DNA from: Hormiphora californensis
Taxonomy: Eukaryota; Animalia; Ctenophora
DNA: 64,000 bases
Direction: 5' to 3'
Assembly: GCA_020137815.1 (NCBI GenBank)
Contig: CM035351.1
Coordinates: 9,114,001 to 9,178,000, forward strand
The translations under genes were made by a program, and so were the position numbers. Under the pieces are notes generated by a model. The model saw nothing but the letters and a program-made list of their open reading frames with translations. It ran no database searches and was not told the DNA's origin. Of the stretch, positions 25,772 through 40,627 are shown piece after piece. Positions within the stretch are counted from its first letter, which is position 1, and each line of letters starts with the position of its first letter.

Positions 25772-28116
25772 CCCTTCCTTTCCCCAGTAACAGATAACGG
25801 TGAACACACCACCACCACTCCTCCAACCTCACTGACAACTTCACAGACCACCACCACCTCCCCACCACCACCATCCCAACCCTGTGTAGTAGGACGGGAC
25901 ACTACGGAGATAGTCGTGACGTCACGCCCAAAACTGATGGGTCACTCACCAGAAAGGGGTATTATAATCCCACTGAGGCTCTAATCATAAAAAATCCTTT
26001 TCTCAATCTCCCCCTTCTTTTGAATTTGATTGGGTTTGCAATTTAGTCCCGTAATAAAAATCATTGGAGTAAAGAGTTGGCAACAAATAATGTGAGAACA
26101 ATTAAAGTGGTCCGATAAGTTTAGCAGAAACCAACAACTTTATGGAGCTGCTCGATTTTTTGTCTAATAAAAACGTAGGAATATCTGACTGAAAATATGA
26201 CACATGCCATGCTTTGATCTGAGACTTGAGACTGCATGAAACACTATCTGACATTATTGTGTTCTTTTTAAATGTGTTTCTCCCCATTTTTCTGCTGAAA
26301 CTAGCGGCCCCCGCTGAAAATATCTTTTTTTTCCCAATATATATGCAGAGAGATGGATCGGGTTTTTTGTGGATCGGCAGTGTAGTGTGTTTCATATTCC
26401 CTCCCTCAGGGCCCGTACAACCCCTTTATAAATCTTTTCTTTATTTTCTCGCGAATTCATTTTTCTTTCCCCCCCCCCCCTGAAAGCCCCATCTTTCTCT
26501 TAATTTTTTTTTCTCAAACAAAAGCATAATACCACTTTCCTTTCACTATTTTTTGGCCCCCTTTCTTTTCTTGGCACTAGGTTTCTACAATCCAGAATCC
26601 AGTCAAACTTTGATTTTCCGGACCTCGTATACCTCAAAAAACCCCAAAAGGGCGGGAAAAAAGGTTTTTTACTGCGAATTAGACAATGTACTTTATATTC
26701 CCCTGTTTTTTACTCTTTTAAAAATTGCATTATAACTCTTCTCCCCCCTCCCATTTCACTCCAAACCAGTTTCCATGTACTTAGCGTGTTCCACTGCGTG
26801 TGTGATATATATTTGTTGCTTTAAACTGGTTTATTACCCGTTATTCCAACCTGCCTTTCCGCTGCTCCCAGGCGAGATCCACCCGCAGCCCGCCTCACCC
26901 ACCGCCACAGCTGTACCCGTACCGGAGCATTCAACCACCACTGCTCCTGCAAGCACCGCTGTTGTGAATGTGACTACAAGTTCATTCCCAAAGGGGCGGC
27001 ACTGACAAACAAGTGTGACAACCCCGATCGGGTAACACCAACAACAAAGAAAACCATTTGGCAAACAATTTTCTGATCAAAAAAACATTGCGAAAAATTA
27101 AACCATAATATAATCCCCTTGTTAGTAGTGCGAGAGAGAGGGGAGCAGTGAGCGAGGCACGTTGCACGGTTTAATTGGTAGATCACAATTCCCCACACCC
27201 CCAGCCCCCACGTTTTAAAATCACCATGGTAACCGGGTTTAAAAATACCTGGAAACACGCTGTTCCCCCTGGTTGTACATTGTTATTTACCCCCCCTTTT
27301 TTCTAACCCCCCCCTACGCGGCCGGGTTTTATCATTACACGCAGTCTGCGCCCTATACGCTACTTATCCGGCGTGCAGAAATGTTTTTCATCTAATAACC
27401 CATAACACGCCGATTCTCTAACTCCTTTTTCCCCATTGTTACCTGTTTAAAAAAATAAAAATGGAAAAAAAGGTTGTAACCATGGGAAAAGGTGTTGTAA
27501 AATGGAACAATGTTGTACCTTTAACGAAACCCTGGTAACACGTTTGTTTTTTACCCTTAAAAACTGTACCAGGCAACAAACCCTCTCCCTGCGTGACACG
27601 TATTTAAATGGTAGTAGGGGGAACAGCAAAAGCAGCACTATTACCACCCCGGACGACCCAGTACGGGAGAAATGCGGCAGTAGCATCACCACCGCGGCAT
27701 CCTCCGATACTATTGAAGGTGTGACATACTTTACGCTCAGCTCCGATTTTCGACACTAAAAAGTGCTAAGCATCGTGCTCGGGATCCTAACATTCGTGTT
27801 CGCTGCTACCACGTTCCTCCTTGCTGCAAAGCAAACGGCCCAAAGGAGCCTCCCCCCAACCACCTACTATACCATCCAGCTATACCAACCAGCTACCTTC
27901 GGACATTAATATATCAGCTAGCAGGCTACATGCAGCCCAGATAAATGGAACTTGCTATAATCGTCGGTGTTGTGAATGGTTGACTCGTCTACTTCTCGAC
28001 TTGCTCTAATCTAATCTCTCCTACTCATTGTCTCCTCCACTACTCTATACCCATCCTCGCTATATATCTCACTCAGCTACTCTTCTGGCTGTCTCTCTAT
28101 CTGTCTCTCTCCTCTG

Positions 28117-28147
<31 letters not shown>

Positions 28148-29250
28148 AGTCTCTGTCTCTCTCTGTCTCTCTCTCTCTCTCTCTGATCTCTCTCCTTGTA
28201 CTTCTCTCTCTCTCTCTCTCTATTTCTATCTCGTTCTCTCTGTATTTCTATTTGTCTTTGTCACTGTATGTCTCTATATCTTGTCGACCTCCCTGGCACA
28301 TCATCTCCCAGAGACGTCATATCTGGGGGACCACCAGCGACGTTGCAGTTGCTGCCGGAAAAGTGCGTCACTGTCACGGTTTCCTGCCAGTACATGGCGG
28401 GTGGTTCCCCAGATGTGACGTGTCCGGGCTGTCTCCTCCTCCCACAAAGGGGCTCATCATTCTCTCATATTCTGCTTTGCTACTTATAATTGCAGCTATT
28501 CTCCCAGCCTTGAGCCCTTGAAGTATTGCTATTATTATTCTGCCCGTATCACTGTTTAAAGCAGCGAGAAGAGAGAATTGTCAAGTTATTTTTGTATTAA
28601 TAGACGGGAGTTATTTTAACTAGGAAGAGGTTAACTAAGATAGGTAGGGGGTTATCTAGCTATACAGCTATAAAAATTAAAGAGGAGTTGCTAAAAATAT
28701 CAGCCGAGAATAGCCACTAATTTCTGGGACCTCTAATAATATCACCGCCCACATCTTTAAATCATCCCCTCACCGCCCACTTTTAGCTACAGACTGTGAA
28801 GCAACAATCCAAAATATCACTCTTTATCACCTTTTGTGTGTGTGTGTGTGCGGTGTGAACTGGGAGTGTGAATGCCGAGTGTGATTTTGTAAGCTAGAAA
28901 GCTGACAGTAAATGATTTCGCTGACACATTCAACTGCAACCTTCTTCCTCCCCTAATCCAACCCTCTCTCCCCTGGTACAGTTACTGACGGGGTTAACCC
29001 CAAGGAGCAGCAAGTGAAGGAGAAGACAGAGAAGTGGAGGACCGTTGCTATAGTGATGGCTATTCTCTGTTCAGTGTTCGGTGTGATCAGTGTGATACTG
29101 GGTCTCAACCTCCTGAGGCGATGGTGTAGTGGCTCTAAGAAACAGAGCCCAAGTAGCACAAACAATAAGGGTACCTATAACCCGCTCAGTGCAAATGCAA
29201 ATGACTATCCAGCCCGAATACCGGTGTTTCAGCAAAATAACAAAGTTTAG
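4424..29250 (+). CDS. Semaphorin (sema domain + PSI domain + Thr/Pro-rich stalk + membrane anchor); multi-exon, middle exons lost in the corrupted region/gap
   Basis: Hand-read AG/GT-bounded exons: 6655-6831 (..WLNRAKFVASFDSGDYAYFFFQEIE..), 7044-7227 (VVVSRIARVCKEDGG..WRTFVKAEIYC), 8326-8552 (ILYASFS..GSVVCSYDLDTIDEGF..RRPPTC), all sema-domain signatures with compatible phases. 24475-24635 (YLFVGT..CYASRDPYCGWC) is the end of sema plus PSI. Further exons: 25479-25527, 25788-~25960 and 26872-~27030 (Thr/Pro stalk), 28982-29250 (TM VAIVMAILCSVFGVISVILGLNLL + tail). 4424-4574 and a garbled ~5910-6110 block (C.NYNRVML) are probable upstream exons. Start codon not found. Confidence 0.85.
6914..7040 (+). 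repeat. 37-bp tandem repeat (~3.4 copies) in semaphorin intron
   Basis: Unit TGATATAAAACTATTTCGTTTCTAGTACCCACTGGCC repeated; the final partial unit ends at the acceptor at 7043. Confidence 0.85.
7234..7843. mobile_element. Tc1/mariner-type MITE (family C), intronic
   Basis: TIR (CA)GTCGGACCCCGATTTA...TAAATCGGGGTCCGACTG followed by TA; subterminal CCCCGATTTA repeats; interior similar to the copy at 38074-38938. Confidence 0.85.
8007..8175. repeat. Short inverted-repeat element rich in (C)GGATA motifs
   Basis: GTATAATCCCGGATAAC (~8012) and its reverse complement GTTATCCGGGATTATAC (~8153-8169). Confidence 0.55.
8700..24368. other. Corrupted/low-complexity C/T-rich sequence (probable base-calling or consensus artefact)
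   Basis: Aperiodic C/T sequence nearly devoid of A from ~15 kb to 24.4 kb, grading from semi-real sequence at 8.7-14.8 kb; ends at the N gap; falls where sema-domain exons are missing. Confidence 0.8.
24369..24468. other. Assembly gap (100 N)
   Basis: Run of exactly 100 Ns, typical of a scaffolding placeholder. Confidence 0.99.
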
Positions 29251-30236
29251 CTGAAGTGTCTCTCGTGTACAGTGCCGTACAATGAGTTTGTTTTGCGTGT
29301 GTTGACCACTCCAATTTGTTGAAATAAAGAGAAAGGCCAGAAAGTTGAGGCCAAGGAGACGATTGTGAAGAGAAAGAGAGCGTTGTTTTTACATTTCAAT
29401 TTATAACGTTGCGTGCCACGTTTTTTAACCAATATCTCTGCCCTAACACCAATTCCAGTTTGGCCACTTCAGCAGGATGAATCCTTTCCAAAAACACCTG
29501 AAAAGGAGAGAGAAGGGCTGAGGGTAAACGTGTGTGTGTTATTTACGATGCTGAATGTGTTTTGATGTTTTATCTAAAGAGAGAGAGATGGAGAGACAAA
29601 AACCCGAGTGTGCATGGTTTGTGATCTACATGTGAATGAAGTCAGCTGCTTTATTTACCCTCTGTTTTTGAAAAGTTTGGGTATGCGCTGTTCACTCACC
29701 TCACACAATACTTCAAAAGTGGTGTCTCGGTTGCCAGTGAGATATGACTGCCAATGGAGGGAGAGAGTTAACAACTATACTTGTGATATTGGGGTGAAAT
29801 GGGGTGTAACTCTGTCTGGAGTTCTGTTTGTAAATAGATTATTTATTTTCCTTAGACAACGTATGTCAGATAAACAATTTAATATTATCATTAGGAGCCC
29901 GTGTTTGAAGGTTTCACCTCTCAGACTTATTTTCAGATAGTGTTTTATCTTTTGTTCTGAAAATGTTATTATAAAGTCTGTTATTATAAACCAGTTATAG
30001 GTTAATAAAGAATGCCGGTCTCCGTAAGTTTTTTTAATGAACAAGTGAAAGACTGCATCCTGTTTTTGATGAAGACCACATTAGCTAAAAAGAGACAAAT
30101 AGAGAGTGTGTAATGTGTATGTTGTTTGTTTGTCTGATGATTGAGTTGAAAAACATCTTTATTGTCGTTGTTTGCTACTTCTTTTTTTCACTAACACAAA
30201 AAAAACCCGTGTGATTTAATTAGTCGTGATTGGACT

Positions 30237-33742
<3,506 letters not shown>

Positions 33743-33890
33743 GCAAATGAGTGAGCTGGTAAAATGTATGATGTAATGTCACGTGTCCAGTCACGTGACC
33801 TAACACGCTGCTGCGGGCTGTTGACAGTTGACGAGGAATATCGTATTTCTCTGTGAGCCGCTGAAGGATAGCCGGGTGTGTGCGAGAGAG

Positions 33891-33964
<74 letters not shown>

Positions 33965-34479
33965 TAGAGAGAGAAAGAGAGATAGCATATAGCCCACTAT
34001 ATTATACGAGGTGATGTTACTTTGTTGGCTTGTGTGCGAATTCTGTAACACTCTTTTTCCAGTGCTACTATTTTTAGATCTTTTCCCGCGTACCCTTCAA
34101 TGGGGTGCGGCGCAATGAGAGGAAATTTACCTTTGGGTCCTTTATTTGCAGCTTGATATCTCAGTTCGCTAATCCTTTGTCGGTCAGACTATTTATTACT
34201 AAGGGTTCTTTGTTTAGGGGTCCCCCCCCCAAATTTTCCTTTTTGCAAAATTTAGGGTAATGTTTTTAGGATAAAAGTAAACTAAAAAACCCAAAGCCCC
34301 AAAAACCCCCAAAAACGTTTATAAAGGGAAAAAGAAGCAAAGAAAACATGGGGCCAAGTTTTTTTTTAAAGCCAGTTTTTCTAATTTTAGGTTTCGGTAA
34401 TTTTTTTTAAAAAAAAAAAAATTTCATTTTTAGGTTTAATTGCCATTCAATTTTAAACCCCGGACTTTTACTTTTTTGC

Positions 34480-36333
<1,854 letters not shown>

Positions 36334-36852
36334 AGAGCTACCAAAGTGGGTGATCTTTTCTCAGAGAGATAATGAGAATTCCTGAAGGGACGATTGCTAG
36401 CAGAAATATTGTTGAAAAAAGAAATAAAGTAATATTATTTTCCCTTTTTGTTTTGTGATTAAAATACCGATTGTATAACGCCGAATTACCAATGATGCAT
36501 TTATTTTTACAGTCAACTTGGATTATCTTATTTTGTCAGGGGACAGGGCCGGGATGGCAACAAAAGAGCACATGCGTATATACATAATAGTATAATAACG
36601 CTGTCAGAGCATTGGCCTGGCAAGTATAACGTGCGTATAAATAAATATTCTTGTTGAGATTTTCAACAAGAGCAACGGGGAACTAGCTCACACATTCTGG
36701 CTTCATCGTAGCTAGCTCTTACCCACTTTTCGGCACACATAGTAGGAAATGCTTAACCCTGACCCTAAAGGATAGCCCCGACTGTGACACTTACCCAAGC
36801 CTAAACCCTAGAGCGGAATAACCGCTCTGAATAATAAATGCTCTGACATGTC

Positions 36853-36918
36853 ATCTTCCCGCCTGTGAGATTTCCCTTACATGACAATTGACAAGGGAAA
36901 TCTCACAGGCGGGAAGAT
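36853..36918. repeat. Perfect 26-bp hairpin with 14-nt loop
   Basis: ATCTTCCCGCCTGTGAGATTTCCCTT ... AAGGGAAATCTCACAGGCGGGAAGAT. Confidence 0.85.
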
Positions 36919-37209
36919 ATGCAAAAAAGTTTAGCAGAATCCTCAACTTCTAGCAACGTATACTTTTAGTGATCATGTTCAAAGAATGGCATGTCTGGCG
37001 CCACAGACCCCATCTGAGCACACTGAATCAAATCGGGGTCTGGTGCCGCCAGACAGAGAATGGCCAACCAGAGCAGGATTGGGTTAAAATGATGTCACAA
37101 ATCGTGCCAATCCGAATTAAATGCCTATAATGTTTTGTTGAGTAAGTAAATAATGTTAGTATAATTGGTATCATATTGGTACAGTCGGACCCCGATTTAC
37201 CTGTTAGTA

Positions 37210-37547
37210 GAGTCGATAACGACATCGACCCCTCCCAATTGTTCCAGTTTTTGTCACACCTGTTTGGAGCCTCGACACGACCTCTAAACAGGTGTTACTT
37301 TTTCACTGTTTTCATCATGGTGTAATCAGCATTTGAAATGGTGTTGATCATAACAAAAACCGAACTATTTTTTTGACTTGGGGTAAAACCATGGGTGTCA
37401 AAAGTTAGCTCTAGTTAGCTCTGAGTAACCATCCGGAGACTCTAAGAGATATTTCAAGCCGTTCTCCCGTAATCATTATTCATTAATCCCGGTGGAGAAA
37501 ATAATACAATGTGGACGTACGTGAGCGCTGGCAGGCTGTTTACATCT
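37210..37547 (+). mobile_element. Dispersed repeat family A (second copy 55946-56280; inverted partial arm ~39430-39580)
   Basis: AGAGTCGATAAC.ACATCGACC..GCTGGCAGGCTGTTTACAT is highly similar over ~330 bp at both sites. Confidence 0.85.
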
Positions 37548-37627
37548 TGTTGTATGTCTCTCACTCTCTCTGGAAAATCCGCACGTGCGAATGCGCTGCG
37601 CGAGATAACTCTCTCTACAAGGGGGAG

Positions 37628-37702
<75 letters not shown>

Positions 37703-37764
37703 GCACATTAACGTATACAATAAAGTTTAGGTAGTAGTAGTGGGCATTTAGCGCACGTAAATAA

Positions 37765-39415
37765 GGCGGTGAAATGTTGTCAAAAATAGCCTGAACCTAG
37801 AAATCATTAGGGGCAAGCTAATTTTTGCACAATTCGATAGTCAATAGGCCCCTGGACCACCAAAAAAAAAGTCCCAAGCCCAAATGTTGGGGGAAGTGCC
37901 CCTAATTGGCCCTAATTGATTACAGTGTATTTGTAGTCATCAATTAAATCGAAAATCGTCTTAGGAAAGGAGTAGAGGAAAAACCGAGGGCACTAAAATG
38001 TCCAGCGTCCTCGCATTAGTGGGGGTAGGTGCTGGAATTAAGTCTCTATCTCATCTGGTTAATTAGATATGTACAGTCGGACCCCGATTTAGTGGCCCCC
38101 GATTTAGTGGCACCCCGATTTAGTGGCAGGATTTTTTTCCCCCAAAAATTTTTTTGAATTTTTTTTTGTGAAATTTTTTTGAAATTTTTTTGAAAATTTT
38201 TCAAAGAAACACCAGCCACGTCCGAATCGTTTTTCGAATCAGTGAATCTTATCGAATGTCCTGCTGCTAATTAGACGGTTCGGAACGAACCGATACGTGA
38301 TCCCCATGGGGTCATTGAATCACAAGTTCACCAAGCGTCAAAATTTCGATTCTATGGGGATCACGTTTCGATTCGTCCCGAACCGTCTAATTAGTAGCAG
38401 GACATGCGATAAGATGCACCGATTCGAAACAGGATTCGGACGTGGCTGGTATACGTTTTAAAACTTTTTTTTGCAAAATTTTACAGTAAGATTGCCAATG
38501 CTTTGATCGGTGCTCCCCATAAATTTTGAGAGAAAAAGTTATTTTGAAATTTTGATACTTCCTCACCCGCTTAGGGTGCCCCAATTCGGCATGGTATCAC
38601 GTATCGGTTCGTCTCGAACCCGCTAATTAGACAGGATATCCAGTAAGCTACACCGATTCGGAACACAAATCGGACGGGCCGGTATAACTTAGAAAATTTT
38701 TCACAATTTTTTTGAAAAAATTATTTTATAGTTTTCTATTTCTAATCAAAAATGATCATGTCAACAATACATGAACATTGCATATAACAGTTAGAGGTGT
38801 CTTTAGTTTTAGTATAGCATTTTGGGCATAAAATAGGTTTTTATGGGCCACATATGGCTCACCTCGATTTAGTGGCACCCCGATTTAGAGGCAGGATTTT
38901 TTTTCCCCCGAGGATGCCACTAAATCGGGGTCCGACTGTAATTGGATAATTAGCTGTGCGCATAGCCGTTTTTAGCCATACGGCTATAGCCACTTGGGAA
39001 TGGTTTAGAGACTTTTCACTGGTGCCATTTTGTAGGCAATAGCTAAGTTATGGGGCAATAGCTAAGTTATGACTATAGCCATATGGCCAAAAACGGCTAT
39101 GCGCACAGCTAATTATCTAATTATCTAATTAACCAGACGAGATAGAGACTTAATTCCGGCACCTACCCCCCACTAATGCGAGGACGCTGGACATTTTAGT
39201 GCCCTTGGTTTTTCCTCTACTCCTTTTCTAAGACGATTTTCGATTTAATTGATGACTACAAATACACTGTAATCAATAAGGGCCAATTAGGGGCACTTCC
39301 CCCAACATTTGGGCTTGGGACTTTTTTTGGTGGTCCAGGGGCCTATTGACTATCGGATTGTGCAAAAATTAGCTTGCCCCTAATGATTTCTAGGTTCTAA
39401 CAACAATTCGACGCC
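37765..39415. mobile_element. Foldback MITE (family B), GG..CC ends, right flank TTAA (Kolobok-like)
   Basis: Arms GAACCTAGAAATCATTAGGGGCAAGC..GGCTATAGCC (~37794-38990, interrupted by MITE C) and their reverse complement (~39070-39397). Confidence 0.8.
38074..38938. mobile_element. Complete Tc1/mariner-type MITE (family C) with TA target duplication
   Basis: TA|CAGTCGGACCCCGATTTAGTGG...CCACTAAATCGGGGTCCGACTG|TA. Confidence 0.92.
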
Positions 39416-40548
39416 TTAAAACACATATTCTCTCCGCCGGTATTAATGATTACGGGAGAACGGCTTGAAATATATCTTGGAGTCTCCGGATGGTTACTCA
39501 GGGGACCTAGAGCTAACTTTTGACACCCATGATTTTACCCCAAGTCAAAAAAAAATAGTTCGGTTTTTGTAATGATCAACAAATTAACGGTATTCGACCC
39601 CGATATATCGGGCATCCCGATTTACCGGGCAAGACCCTTCCCCCGAGCATCCAGATAAATCCTGTCTTGCGCCGCGACCCCATCTGAGCGCACTGAGAAT
39701 CAACTGGGGCGCCATACAGGATAAATCGGGGTCCGACTGTATTACAATCGGACCCCGATTTACCGGGATGCTCGCCGCTCGGGGGAAAGGGTTTTGCCTA
39801 AACTATGTTTATCGGGGGAAATTTATCCTCCCTGTAAATTGGGGTATAAACTATGAGATTAAAAAATTGTATAACCGCTGTATTCTGTAATGAACCATTT
39901 TAGATGATTTATGAATAATAGCTAGTAGAAACCACTCCTTGTCTATCAAGTTGTAATGATTGGCTAACAATTAAAAACTGCGTACTAACATGTTTTCTAG
40001 ACAGCAGTCATCTGGAATTTGCATAATCTTAGGTGTGCATGTTATGCAGATTTATTACAATAAATACCAACAAACTACCGCTATCATTAAGCAGTTTTAA
40101 ACACTTCTACTGGGATCTAATCGGAAGTTTTACAACCTTTTAACAGGATTCACCCCACGCAGTCATTATTTTGTCCCAAAGCATGCTTTTTGTGTTCTAG
40201 CACATTCATTTTTAGGAATTTGGAGTTGAAGGAGACCCCTGAGGACACTAAATACAACATAATGCAATGGTAAATGACTCACTGGCAGGCGGCTAAGGCT
40301 ACAACCAGATCAAGAACACCCTAAGTTACTTTGTTGGCTTGTGTTTCTGCTCACACATATTCGTAATATTCTATTTATGCCATTTCCTGTATTCCTCATA
40401 ATGTGGTGTGCACCGTTGTTTTGTAGTGCACTTTTCAAGGTTTCTTTGTAGCTTGACTATTTATTGTCCTATCCATTGATTGATTGCATTGATTAACAAT
40501 TGATTTTTGATTTGATTGACTACTTAGTTAACTTCATACTATCCCTGC

Positions 40549-40556
40549 TTTATAAG
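40549..40556 (+). promoter_or_regulatory. Candidate TATA box of alpha-tubulin copy 2
   Basis: TTTATAAG ~75 nt upstream of the ATG at 40628; position only. Confidence 0.4.
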
Positions 40557-40627
40557 GAAGACTCGTCACCCCACGCTTCCTACAGCAGTATCCAAGGTCT
40601 TTCTAGCTCAACGACCAAAGACAAACA

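Larger units (their letters stand above)
37182..39739. mobile_element. Family-C MITE termini enclosing a nest of further insertions
   Basis: TA|CAGTCGGACCCCGATTTA at 37182 and TAAATCGGGGTCCGACTG|TA at 39739; another partial copy follows at ~39745-39848. Confidence 0.7.
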
